A DNA stretch of 64,000 nt from an uncultured Candidatus Saccharibacteria bacterium (GTDB taxonomy: Bacteria; Patescibacteriota; Minisyncoccia; Phycocordibacterales; UBA9973): assembly GCA_964634365.1 (NCBI GenBank), contig CAZWJU010000004.1, positions 3,927 to 67,926 on the forward strand. Reading direction: 5' to 3'. Below are positions 44,448 through 54,400 of this stretch, one piece after another. Both the position numbers and the translations under genes were made by a program. The notes under the pieces were generated by a model, which searched no databases, was not told where the DNA came from, and saw only the letters and a list, made by a program, of their open reading frames with translations. Positions within the stretch are counted from its first letter, which is position 1; each line of letters starts with the position of its first letter.

Positions 44448-46448
44448 TTATGCAACTAGAGCGTAATCAATTATTTTTTTCTCGAGGTTTGCGTTCACTA
44501 CTTTTATTTTTACAGTATTTCCGATTCGGTAGCGTTTTTTTGTTTTGGTGCCGATGATTGCCATGTGCTTTTCATCAAATATAAATATGTCACCCTCAAG
44601 ATCTCTCAATTTTATCATACCTTCGCATTTTGTTTCTTTTTCTTCCACATATAGGCCCCATTCTGTAACTCCAGATATAACACCTTCAAATATTTCCCCA
44701 ACACGTGAAGACATGTATTCAACTTGTTTGTATTTTATACTTGAACGCTCTGCATCGGTTGCATGTTTTTCACGTTCTGAAGCGTAAAGTGCGCTCTCTT
44801 GATATGTTTGCCAAGAATCTTTCTTGATTTCTTTGTTTGCTAGATATTCCATAAGCAGTCTGTGTACGATCACATCAGGGTAGCGCCTGATAGGTGAAGT
44901 GAAGTGAGTATAGAAATCAAAAGCTAGACCGTAGTGTCCTATGTTTTTTGTAGAATAAACAGCCTTTGCCATAGAGCGGATGATTGCGGTTTGTATTGTA
45001 TTTTTTTCAGGGTGACCGTCTAGATCTTCGAGTAGCTTGTTCAGTGCTTCTGGTTTTGGTAGTCCATCGTGCAGTGGAAGTTTATAACCAAGCGACTTTA
45101 GGAAAAAGGCTAGGTCTGCAATTCTCATTTTATCTGGTAGGTCGTGTACTCTGTATACAAAAACTCTGTCTTTGCGTTTTCCGTTCCCAGATATAAACTC
45201 AGCAACTTTTCTGTTTGCGAGCAACATGAATTCTTCTATGAGCTTATGAGAGTCTGTGCGAACTTTGCGTACGACAGATATAGGTACGCCTTTTTCATCG
45301 AGCTTGAACTTAACTTCTTCTTGATCGAGTGACATCGCACCTTTATCGAAACGTGCTTTTAGCAACTTCTTTGCTATGCCGTTCATAATTTGAAGTTCGT
45401 GAGCAAAATCTCCTTTTTTAGTATCTAGAACTTCTTGGGCCTCTTCATATGTAAAGCGTCTAACAGAGTGTATTATAGTGCGTCCATACCATTCACTTAA
45501 AACAGCTCCGCTTTTGTTCATTATAAAAATTGCACTCATAGAAAGTCTGTCTACATTTGGTTTTAGACTACAGAGATCGTTTGATAAAACGTCTGGAAGC
45601 ATAGGGATTGTTCGGTCGACTAGATATACAGAAGTTCCGCGTTTGTAAGCTTCATCGTCGAGAGCTGTGCCTGGTCTTACAAAGTGAGACACGTCAGCAA
45701 TATGGATTCCAATCTCGTATGTCCCGTCTGGTAGCTCTACAAAAGATAGGGCGTCGTCGAAGTCTTTCGCGTCGTATGGATCGATAGTAAAAGTAGGTAC
45801 TTTTCGCATATCACGGCGAACTCCTTCGTCGCGAGTAGATTTGTCATATAAATGTTTTGCTTCGTTTATAACTTCAATAGGGAAGTCACTGTCAAAGCCA
45901 CGCTCAAGCGCTATACCTTGCATCTCGGCATTGTTCTCGTACGGTTTTCCTAGAACTTTTTCGATTTTTCCTATAGGAGATTTTTTTGGATCGTCCCATG
46001 AACTAATCGTCCCGAAAACTTTATCTCCATTTTTTGCACCATTTAACTTTTCTTTTGGGATGATTATGTCTGTGTACATTTTTGTATCAGCAGGTACAAG
46101 AAAAAACATCCCCTCACTTTCTTCTAGTACACCGGAAAATCCAGGTCTTCCACGAGAGATTACTTTCTCCACTTCACCCATACGAGCACCCTTTTGTTTT
46201 ATTGGTAGTATACGCACACTAACCAAGTCTCCATGAAGGGCAGTGTTCAGACCTCCGCGGATTATGGCGATTTCTTCTTTTGGTTCACGAATACGCAAAT
46301 ACCCATCTCCTCGAGAATTTACTGATATTGTTCCTTCTATAATTTCTGTCTTTTTATCGTGTTTTTTATCAAATTTAGGTTTTTTGAAATCGCTTTTTCC
46401 AGATATTTTAGGGCCTTTTTTGTGTTTATTTGCTTGTTTTTTAATCAT
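44448..46448 (-). CDS. rnr: Ribonuclease R (RNB-family 3'-5' exoribonuclease)
   Basis: N-terminal Lys-rich tail, cold-shock-like domain, RNB catalytic domain, C-terminal S1 domain (GEIFEGVISGVTEWGLYV). Confidence 0.9.
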   Translation of the reverse strand: MIKKQANKHKKGPKISGKSDFKKPKFDKKHDKKTEIIEGTISVNSRGDGYLRIREPKEEIAIIRGGLNTALHGDLVSVRILPIKQKGARMGEVEKVISRGRPGFSGVLEESEGMFFLVPADTKMYTDIIIPKEKLNGAKNGDKVFGTISSWDDPKKSPIGKIEKVLGKPYENNAEMQGIALERGFDSDFPIEVINEAKHLYDKSTRDEGVRRDMRKVPTFTIDPYDAKDFDDALSFVELPDGTYEIGIHIADVSHFVRPGTALDDEAYKRGTSVYLVDRTIPMLPDVLSNDLCSLKPNVDRLSMSAIFIMNKSGAVLSEWYGRTIIHSVRRFTYEEAQEVLDTKKGDFAHELQIMNGIAKKLLKARFDKGAMSLDQEEVKFKLDEKGVPISVVRKVRTDSHKLIEEFMLLANRKVAEFISGNGKRKDRVFVYRVHDLPDKMRIADLAFFLKSLGYKLPLHDGLPKPEALNKLLEDLDGHPEKNTIQTAIIRSMAKAVYSTKNIGHYGLAFDFYTHFTSPIRRYPDVIVHRLLMEYLANKEIKKDSWQTYQESALYASEREKHATDAERSSIKYKQVEYMSSRVGEIFEGVISGVTEWGLYVEEKETKCEGMIKLRDLEGDIFIFDEKHMAIIGTKTKKRYRIGNTVKIKVVNANLEKKIIDYALVA

Positions 46449-46518
46449 TTTTTAGAATTTTTAGGCATTTAAGCCTTGGTTTATATAGGTTTTTTGATTA
46501 TAACACATATTTTAATAC

Positions 46519-46547
46519 TTGACAAATAGGTTGTAATAGTATATAAT
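46519..46547 (+). promoter_or_regulatory. Consensus sigma-70 promoter (TTGACA-17-TATAAT)
   Basis: ttgaca at 46519-46524, 17-nt spacer, tataat at 46542-46547; directs transcription toward 46663 ORF and downstream structured tail. Confidence 0.5.
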
Positions 46548-46662
46548 ACTACCAGAATAGTTATGAAGGGTTAGGTGAATGAAAAAAGAATTTTGTTCAG
46601 AGAATGTTTGCTTTAAAAACTCTGTATAGAATTCTTTTTTTATTCACAAAATAACCCAAATT

Positions 46663-46905
46663 ATGGCGAATAATATTTCTGTTGTAGATGAGCTTAAAAA
46701 AAGAATTGCTGAGCAAAAAAAGCAATGTCTTATGAACCCAGAGGATGAGCACATCATCCTACTTGGTTCAAAAAAATTACCTTCAGATGATGAACCAATA
46801 TCTTTTTCTGATGACGAATTCGTATCAGACATGATGTTGAGCGATCTTCAGATATTTGAAGGGGGTAATTTATACAGGAAGCTCGGCATCACCGGGGCGC
46901 CCTAA
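46663..46905 (+). CDS. Hypothetical small protein (80 aa)
   Basis: ORF ~110 nt downstream of consensus promoter; acidic C-terminal half. Confidence 0.4.
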   Translation: MANNISVVDELKKRIAEQKKQCLMNPEDEHIILLGSKKLPSDDEPISFSDDEFVSDMMLSDLQIFEGGNLYRKLGITGAP

Positions 46906-47095
46906 AATATTTTTTTAAACCATAATTTTTTTTTGCATGATGCGAGTCTGGTAAATTAAATTTACCTCGACTAAAAAAGTCTAGGTAATAGATTTTATTG
47001 GGTACTGCCGTTAGTCCTGGTTCTTAACCAGAAAAACCAAGCAGTGAAATGTATAGCGTCCATCTGAAAAGGTGGGCGTTTTTTTATAAAATTAT
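46906..47095 (+). ncRNA. Candidate structured untranslated RNA segment (3' tail of small transcript) ending in intrinsic terminator
   Basis: No ORF; palindromes ggtaaattaaatttacc and ctggttcttaaccag; terminator cgtccatctgaaaaggtgggcgttttttt at 47060-47095; identity unknown. Confidence 0.2.
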
Positions 47096-47104
47096 TGTGT
47101 TAGT

Positions 47105-47800
47105 ATGGATATTATGAAAGAAGGTAAAGTAGAGGTATTTGAATATGTGCAAAATTTAGACCCTGAAGTTCTACGGGCTTGTTTGGATACTCTTGAATCT
47201 AAAAAAGTTTTAATCGGTGAAGGTGGGAATGCTGAAATTTTTTCTGTTGAATCTGGTAGGTATAAAAATATTTGTTTAAAAAAACTTAGAAAAACACCAA
47301 GATTAATTGGTAACGATATTGATACAGAAGTTAATTTTCAAGATGCGCTTATTGATTTGGGGATTCGAACCCCAAAAGTTCTCGCAAGATTGCATGATGT
47401 TGCAAAGAATGAGAAGTACATAATAATGGAGCGAATAAACGGCCCCTCTATTGAGGATATTTTACTTGAAAGGGTGAAGGTTCCAGAAGGTTATAAACAC
47501 AAAGAGTTTTGGAGGAAGATGAAGTCAATAGTTGAAAAGATGCACGAAGAAGGTGATATATATCACAGAGATTTACATGAGGGCAACATAATGATAGATA
47601 CAGAAAATGGATGCGAGCCCGTTATTATAGATTTCGGTACAGCTACTAGAGGTCTGGGAGATGAATATCCGTACGGTGAAGAGGCAATTATAATGGATGA
47701 AAATACAGGTGCTTACACAAAGACAAAAGGATATTACAAGTCTGATGAAAGCAAGATTGCTGGTCTAGAGTACAGGATGAGATTTTACGATAGGTCTTAG
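47105..47800 (+). CDS. Small atypical protein kinase (eukaryotic-like kinase fold; RIO/Bud32/Kdo-kinase-like)
   Basis: Gly-loop IGEGGNAEIF, Lys in CLKKL, catalytic loop YHRDLHEGNIMID, DFG-equivalent IIDFGTA. Confidence 0.65.
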   Translation: MDIMKEGKVEVFEYVQNLDPEVLRACLDTLESKKVLIGEGGNAEIFSVESGRYKNICLKKLRKTPRLIGNDIDTEVNFQDALIDLGIRTPKVLARLHDVAKNEKYIIMERINGPSIEDILLERVKVPEGYKHKEFWRKMKSIVEKMHEEGDIYHRDLHEGNIMIDTENGCEPVIIDFGTATRGLGDEYPYGEEAIIMDENTGAYTKTKGYYKSDESKIAGLEYRMRFYDRS

Positions 47801-47852
47801 ATATTGACGTTTTTATATTATAATGTTAGATTATTATTAGAAAAATATAGAT

Positions 47853-48089
47853 ATGAAGCAGTTTGATTTGAAAATCAACCCAAGATTTGAGGTTGAGGTC
47901 TGCAAAAAAGCAGAAGAGATCGTAAAAAGGGGTGAAAAATCCGGATTAATTGACGGTAAGCACCTTGGAGAGCTTAGTGTCTATATTGATGAACCACCGA
48001 CAGATTTTCTTATGATTATCACAGGCCCGGAAAATATGCCTTTGATAGCTGGAAAAAAAATATATGTTGGGGGAAATATAGAAGAGTAG
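47853..48089 (+). CDS. Hypothetical protein (78 aa)
   Basis: ORF only. Confidence 0.4.
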   Translation: MKQFDLKINPRFEVEVCKKAEEIVKRGEKSGLIDGKHLGELSVYIDEPPTDFLMIITGPENMPLIAGKKIYVGGNIEE

Positions 48090-48148
48090 GCTCCTCAAAG
48101 CCGGATGGACGTAGGTACTGCGACCATTCGGCTTTTACTTTTTCTGGA

Positions 48149-48177
48149 TTTGACCTACAGAGAACTTTCTGGTAAGA
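48149..48177 (+). promoter_or_regulatory. Candidate sigma-70 promoter for rpsP (TTGACC-17-TAAGAT)
   Basis: -35 at 48149-48154, -10 at 48172-48177; would give a very short or leaderless 5' UTR. Confidence 0.35.
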
Positions 48178-48187
48178 TAGCCAACAC

Positions 48188-48496
48188 ATGTTAATGATTA
48201 GATTACAACGCACAGGTCGCAAAAACGAAGCGCATTTCCGCGTGGTTTTGACTGACTCAAAAAATAGTGCAAAAAGTGGTAAATTTTTAGAAATTTTGGG
48301 TACTTACAACCCACACGAATCAACTGTAAAATTCAAGCAAGATCGTATTGCTCACTGGATTTCAAACGGAGCACAAGTTTCAGACACAGTACATAATTTT
48401 CTTGTAAAGGAAGGTGCTATAAAGGAAAAGAAAAAGAATGTATTATCAAAGAAATCTCCAACAAAGAAACGCAAAGACCTAAAAGCTGCAAAATAA
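48188..48496 (+). CDS. rpsP: 30S ribosomal protein S16 with Lys-rich C-terminal extension
   Basis: MIRLQRTGRKNEAHFRVVLTDS...GTYNPHE matches S16. Confidence 0.9.
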   Translation: MLMIRLQRTGRKNEAHFRVVLTDSKNSAKSGKFLEILGTYNPHESTVKFKQDRIAHWISNGAQVSDTVHNFLVKEGAIKEKKKNVLSKKSPTKKRKDLKAAK

Positions 48497-48522
48497 AAAG
48501 TACCCCATGTGGGTATTTTTTG

Positions 48523-48551
48523 TTGACTGTGTTTTATACTTTAGCTACAAT
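48523..48551 (+). promoter_or_regulatory. Candidate sigma-70 promoter (TTGACT-17-TACAAT) upstream of KH-domain gene
   Basis: -35 48523-48528, -10 48546-48551. Confidence 0.35.
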
Positions 48552-48611
48552 CATATATAAAGCAGTCAGTTTGTCGAAGTACTGCGGATTATGAATAGAT
48601 AGAAGATATAT

Positions 48612-48920
48612 ATGCAAGACGATAAAGCATTCTTAGAGTACGTAGTGAAAGCATTAGTAGACAATCCAAACGATGTAAAAATCGATCGCTCAGTCGACGA
48701 GATGGGAGTATTGGTTACTCTTACAGTCAACCAAGCAGATATGGGTAAGATAATCGGCCGCCAAGGCAATACTGCAAAAGCTATCCGAACACTGCTTCGA
48801 GTTATTGGTATGAAAAACAACGCTCGTGTAAACCTAAAAATCAACGAACCAGAAGGTGGAATGCCTCGAGGAACATCTTCATCAGTAGATGAAGCTATGG
48901 AAGATCTAAAAGGAATATAA
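48612..48920 (+). CDS. KH-domain RNA-binding protein (UPF0109/YlqC-like)
   Basis: VKIDRSVDEMGVLVTLTVNQADMGKIIGRQGNTAKAIRTLLRV = KH type II with GRQG loop; canonical position after rpsP. Confidence 0.85.
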   Translation: MQDDKAFLEYVVKALVDNPNDVKIDRSVDEMGVLVTLTVNQADMGKIIGRQGNTAKAIRTLLRVIGMKNNARVNLKINEPEGGMPRGTSSSVDEAMEDLKGI

Positions 48921-48936
48921 ATTAAATTTTTATAAA

Positions 48937-48975
48937 ACAAAGACACCTCGCATGCGAGGTGTCTTTGTTTTATTT
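48937..48975 (+). terminator. Rho-independent terminator
   Basis: aaagacacctcgcatgcgaggtgtctttgtttta. Confidence 0.8.
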
Positions 48976-49022
48976 GACAATAGATGAATAGGTAAGTAGC
49001 ATAAGGAAAAAGTTATTTCTAT

Positions 49023-50132
49023 ATGGAACAACAGACGAATTTTCTGCCGATACTTGGCACAGACCACATTGAATTTTATGTCGGCAATGCAAAGCAGGCC
49101 GCATATTATTACCAAAAAGCATTTGGTTTCGAACTTATCGCTTATGCCGGACTTGAGACAGGGTCTCGAGATAAGGCGAGTTATGTTTTAAAACAGGATA
49201 AAGTAATTTTGGTTTTTACTAGTTCATTTGATCCGGAAAGTGATATTTCACAACACGTGAGGATACACGGTGATGGAGTAAAAGTATTGGCACTTTCTGT
49301 GCCGAATGCGGTAAAAAGTTTTGAAGAGACAATAGCTCGTGGGGCTACTAAAGTTATGTCCCCGACGGAACTTTGTGATAAAAGCGAAGGAAGTGTTTCC
49401 GTCTCAGCAATCAAAACTTATGGAGACACAATTCATAAGTTTGTCGATAGAAGTGCATACAAAGGTGTATTTATGCCGGGGTATAAACCCGTTGAAATAA
49501 ATTCAATCACGAAGATTGTCGGCTTTGAATATGTAGATCACTGTGTTGGTAATGTAGAGCTAGGTAAAATGGATGAGTGGGAGAAATTTTATATCGATGT
49601 TATGGGTTTCAAGAATCTCATAACATACGATGACAATGATATTTCTACCGAGTATTCAGCACTTATGAGCAAAGTGGTTACAAATGGAAACGGATACATA
49701 AAGTATCCTATCAATGAGCCAGCTGATAGTCGCAAGAATAAATCTCAGATTCAAGAATATTTGGATTTTTATCGTGGTCCTGGGGTGCAACATATTGCGC
49801 TTGCCACAAAAGATATTATCTACACTGTTTCGCAATTGAGACAAAGAGGGGTGGAATTTTTGCAAGTACCTGAGACCTACTATGAAGATGTGTTGGGTAG
49901 AATGAAGTTCAAAATCAAAGAGGGAATTTCCAAATTGAAAGAACTGAATATTCTGATCGATGAAGACGATCAGGGTTATATGCTCCAGATTTTCACAAAG
50001 CCGGTGACCGATCGCCCGACACTTTTCTTTGAAATAATTCAGCGTCATGGAGCGAAAACTTTCGGCAAAGGGAATTTCAAAGCGCTTTTCGAAGCAATCG
50101 AGAGGGAACAGTCTCTTAGGGGGAATTTGTAA
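49023..50132 (+). CDS. hppD: 4-hydroxyphenylpyruvate dioxygenase
   Basis: Two VOC (glyoxalase-like) repeats; HIEFYVGNAKQAAYYY N-terminal motif and C-terminal FGKGNFKALFEAIEREQ tail characteristic of HPPD. Confidence 0.9.
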   Translation: MEQQTNFLPILGTDHIEFYVGNAKQAAYYYQKAFGFELIAYAGLETGSRDKASYVLKQDKVILVFTSSFDPESDISQHVRIHGDGVKVLALSVPNAVKSFEETIARGATKVMSPTELCDKSEGSVSVSAIKTYGDTIHKFVDRSAYKGVFMPGYKPVEINSITKIVGFEYVDHCVGNVELGKMDEWEKFYIDVMGFKNLITYDDNDISTEYSALMSKVVTNGNGYIKYPINEPADSRKNKSQIQEYLDFYRGPGVQHIALATKDIIYTVSQLRQRGVEFLQVPETYYEDVLGRMKFKIKEGISKLKELNILIDEDDQGYMLQIFTKPVTDRPTLFFEIIQRHGAKTFGKGNFKALFEAIEREQSLRGNL

Positions 50133-50143
50133 AATTGAATAAT

Positions 50144-50176
50144 AAAAAAGCGGTCTTTTGACCGCTTTTATTTTGA
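50144..50176. terminator. Bidirectional rho-independent terminator
   Basis: aaaaaagcggtcttttgaccgcttttatttt. Confidence 0.8.
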
Positions 50177-50183
50177 ATATTTT

Positions 50184-50471
50184 TTACAATAAATTCAAAG
50201 CCCATACCTCCCTCGTGTGAAGGTCGTCGAAGTATCCTTCGACCCTCACTTCTATGTTTTTTTCGAGTAGTTCTTCTATCTGAGAGCTGACCTCAGGATC
50301 GGCTCGCAAGAAGACCTTATTGTCTGGGGAACCTATGTATCCCACATACTTGCCTTCTTTCCCGAAGTCCTCTTTTATGATCGTTACGATCAATGTGGGC
50401 TCTTCAGATTTCTGGCATCCACCAAATAACACTCCAATTCCTAAGACAAAGGACAACAACAAATTTTTCAT
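50184..50471 (-). CDS. Small lipoprotein (95 aa)
   Basis: Signal peptide with lipobox LFGGC. Confidence 0.5.
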   Translation of the reverse strand: MKNLLLSFVLGIGVLFGGCQKSEEPTLIVTIIKEDFGKEGKYVGYIGSPDNKVFLRADPEVSSQIEELLEKNIEVRVEGYFDDLHTREVWALNLL

Positions 50472-50589
50472 ATGGTTTTTTTTGATCCGCTACCATAATA
50501 ACACATATTTTATATTTTGCAAGTTTTTTGTATGTACAGATTTGCATTTTTTCACTATTGCCTATAACCTTTAATCTATAAACTAATTT

Positions 50590-51264
50590 ATGACATTTCA
50601 CGTAATTACACTTTTCCCCGAAGCTTTTGACTCATATCTAAATGAGTCTATTATTGGGCGTGCGATAAAAGAGAAAAAGATAAAAGTCCTTTTTTATAAT
50701 CCAAGGCTTTTTGTGACTGGAAAGTACAAGAAAGTTTGGCCAGACGGAAACGTTTCTCAAATTGTTGACGATAGACCATATGGTGGAGGTCCGGGTATGA
50801 TAATCCGCGCAGAGCCAGTCGTGAAAGCTGTAGAGAAGGCTTTGAAAAAAATCAAGAAAGGAGGAAAAGTAAAAATAATAAACTTTGTTCCAACAGGAGA
50901 AAAGTTTACAACGGAGTATGCAAAAAAATCTGTAAAAAAATATTCCGATATAGTTTTGATATGCGGGCGCTACGAAGGCATAGATGCTCGTATTGATAAA
51001 ATTTTGAAAACAGAAAAAATCTCGATTGGAGATTATGTGCTAACTGGTGGAGAGCTTCCAGCTATGGTGCTGATAGATTCAATCTCACGCCAAATCAAAG
51101 GAGTGCTAGGTAAACACGACTCACTCGAAGAAGAAAGGGTCTCAAGTAGTGAGTTCTACACTCGCCCTGAAGTTTTAGAATACAAAGGTAAAAAATATAG
51201 AGTTCCGAAAGTGCTAATGGAGGGGGATCACAAGAAAATAGAGCAGTGGAAGAAGGGTAGATAG
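50590..51264 (+). CDS. trmD: tRNA (guanine37-N1)-methyltransferase
   Basis: FHVITLFPEAF N-terminus, SPOUT knot motifs (LICGRYEGIDAR, GDYVLTGGELPAMV). Confidence 0.9.
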   Translation: MTFHVITLFPEAFDSYLNESIIGRAIKEKKIKVLFYNPRLFVTGKYKKVWPDGNVSQIVDDRPYGGGPGMIIRAEPVVKAVEKALKKIKKGGKVKIINFVPTGEKFTTEYAKKSVKKYSDIVLICGRYEGIDARIDKILKTEKISIGDYVLTGGELPAMVLIDSISRQIKGVLGKHDSLEEERVSSSEFYTRPEVLEYKGKKYRVPKVLMEGDHKKIEQWKKGR

Positions 51265-51291
51265 TTATCAACATCGCTTTTTTATCTATAT

Positions 51292-51320
51292 TTGACAAGC
51301 ATAAAGCAATAAAGTATACT
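51292..51320 (+). promoter_or_regulatory. Candidate strong sigma-70 promoter upstream of rpoB (TTGACA-17-TATACT)
   Basis: -35 ttgaca 51292-51297, 17-nt spacer, -10 tatact 51315-51320; ~165-nt leader to rpoB. Confidence 0.45.
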
Positions 51321-51487
51321 ATCCGTGATTGAAAAGATTGAGTTACGACAGGCTTCAATCTAATTACTAGCCAGAAGCAATTTATAAATTTGCTGAAACA
51401 AACCAATAAAAAGCGTTAGCCTTACACAAAAGGTACTTTTTAGTGCCCTGAGTTTTTATTTTTTTACTCATTAAGCAAAACCAATAC

Positions 51488-54400
51488 ATGTCGACAAAAA
51501 CAAAAATCGAGAAAAAGTATTTTTCAAAATACAAAAAACCACTGGTCGAATTTCCAAACCTACTTGAGACACAACTTGCCTCATACAAATGGCTAATAGA
51601 ACACGGACTAAAAGAAGTGTTCAAAGAATTTTCTCCGATAAACGATTATTCAGAGAAAAAATTCATGCTTGAGTTCACATCGTTTTCTCTTGGTGAACCA
51701 AAGTTTGATGAATATTATGCAAAAGCAAACAAGCTTACTTACGATGCTCAGCTAAAAGCTCGCGTAAAGCTTATGAATAAAACTCTAGGTGGATCATCAA
51801 AGGAACAAGAAATTTTCCTTGCTGATATCCCACTTATGACAGATCACGGTACTTTTATTATAAACGGTGTAGAGCGTGTGATCGTATCACAGCTTGCACG
51901 AAGTTTCGGTGTATTTTTTACAGACCTTGATCTAAAAGGTAAAAAACTTTTTGGTGCGAAAATAATCCCAGCTCGTGGCGTATGGATTGAAATTGAATCC
52001 GATGCCGATGGGGTTCTATATGTGCGTATTGATAAAAAGCGAAAGTTCTCGATTACTTCGCTTCTTCGTGTTTTAGGTTTTACTGATGAGGCAATGCTTT
52101 CTGCTGCAACCACTGACGAAGCTCGTCATATATTGAAACTCTCGATAGAAAAAGATCCAGCAAAAACATCTGACGAATCTTTCATAGAAATATACAAGCG
52201 TCTTAGAGATGGAGATCTAGCTACTACAGAAAATGCAAAGGATTTTATAAATTCTCTATTTTCTCCTGAGAGATACGACCTATCTCCAGTTGGAAGATTT
52301 AGATTCAACAAGCGTTTTGGAAAGCCGATGACAGACAAGGATCTAGAACGCCGAACAATATCAAAAGAAGACTTGATGGTTATAGTTGAACACATCATAT
52401 CTCTAAACAACACTCCAAACTCTAAAGCAGACGATATCGACCACTTGGGTCAACGTCGTGTTAGATATGTTGGTGAATTGCTACAGCAAAAAATCCGTGT
52501 TGGTATGACACAGATCAAGAGAAATATTCAAGATCGTATGTCTACAATCGATGTTGCTACAGCTCTACCGATAAACATAATCAACCAGCGCCCACTTCAG
52601 GCTCGCATAAAAGAATTCTTCACAACAAACCAGCTTTCTCAATTCATGTCACAAGAGAACGTATTGAACGAGGTTGAACACTTGCGTATTTTGTCTGCAC
52701 TTGGACCAGGAGGTCTAACTCGTGAGCGCGCAGGTTTGGAAGTTCGTGACGTACACACATCTCACTATGGTCGTGTTTGCCCTATTCATACACCAGAAGG
52801 TCCGAACATCGGTCTTATACTTCACCTATCTACTTATGCTCGAGTAAATGATTTCGGTATTATCGAAACACCATATGCAAAAGTAAAAAATGGAGTAATC
52901 ACAAAAGAGATAGTTTACTTGAACGCTCTAGAAGAAGAGCAATACAACATCGCTCACTCTGGTATCAAATACACAGAAGACGGAAAAATAGTAGATGAAA
53001 TGGTAGAAGCTCGTATAAAAACTGAGCCAGGTCTTGTCGCACGCAATGAAATAGATTTTATAGACGTAGCAACAAACCAAGCTTTCTCTATCGCTACATC
53101 TATGATTCCTTTCTTGGAAAACGATGACGCTAACCGTGCACTCATGGGAAGTAACATGCAAAAACAAGCTATGGCATGTGTTCGCCCAGAAGCTCCACTT
53201 GTAGCTACAGGTATGGAAGAGCTCGCATCACGATATTCAGGAAGATTGGTAGTTGCAAAAGAAGATGGTGAAGTTACATACGTTGATGCAAAGAAAATAA
53301 CTGTTGAAAATTCTAAAGGTAAAAAGGAAGACTACAATCTCATGTCTTTCCAGAGAACAAACAACTTCAGTTCTTTCCACCAGCGTCCTAGTGTTTCTAT
53401 AGGAGACAAGGTAAAGAAAGGGATGATTTTGGCTGATACTTCTACAACAGCACATGGACAAATTGCACTCGGACAAAATGCATTGATTGCTTTCATGTCA
53501 TGGAACGGATCAAACTACGAGGATGCGATAATTTTGTCTGAACGTCTTGTAAAAGAGAGTAAGTTTACATCTATATATATAGAAGAGTTCGTATGTATAG
53601 TTCGTGATACAAAACTTGGCCCAGAAATCACTACTCGCGATATTCCAAACGTTGGAGAAATAAAACTAAAAGACCTAGACGAAGACGGTATAGTTCGTGT
53701 TGGTGCTGAGGTTCGTGAAAACGATATTCTTGTAGGTAAGATCACTCCAAAAGGAGAAACAGAACTTACTGCAGAAGAGCGCTTGCTACGATCTATCTTC
53801 GCTGAAAAAGCTCGTGATGTAAAAGATACATCACTTCGCATGGAACACGGAAAACGTGGACGTATCATAGGTGTAAAAATCTTTTCTCGCGATCAAGGTC
53901 ACAATCTAGAAAGTGGAATCATCAAAAAAGTTGTGATTGAAATTGCACAAATCAGAAATATATCAGTTGGAGACAAGCTCGCAGGACGTCACGGTAACAA
54001 GGGCGTTATCTCAATTATCCTACCAGAAGAAGAAATGCCTTTCATGGCTGACGGTACTCCAATAGATATAGTACTTACTCCACTCGGTGTGCCTTCTCGT
54101 ATGAACTTAGGACAAATCCTAGAGATGCACTTGGGTTACGCTGCTAACGCGCTTGGATATCAGGCTGTTGTGCCATCTTTCTGTGGAGCAACTATCGAAG
54201 AAATCAAAGGCGAGCTTGTAAAAGCTGGTATGCCAGAGAGCGGAAAGATGAAGCTATACGATGGAAGAACTGGAGAAGAGTTTGAGCAAGATATCGCAGT
54301 TGGATATATGTATATCTTGAAACTTCACCACATGGTGGAAGACAAGATCCATATGCGTTCTATCGGAGCATACTCACTTATTACACAACAACCACTCGGA

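Noticed and set aside
46906-47095. Identification of the structured tail as SRP RNA, RNase P RNA or tmRNA.
   Set aside because: There are only weak partial resemblances (CCAGAAAAACCAAGCAG vs SRP domain IV; AAAGTCTAGG vs RNase P P4). Spacing is wrong for RNase P. No tRNA-like 3' end or tag-peptide ORF is present for tmRNA. It is left as an unidentified candidate.
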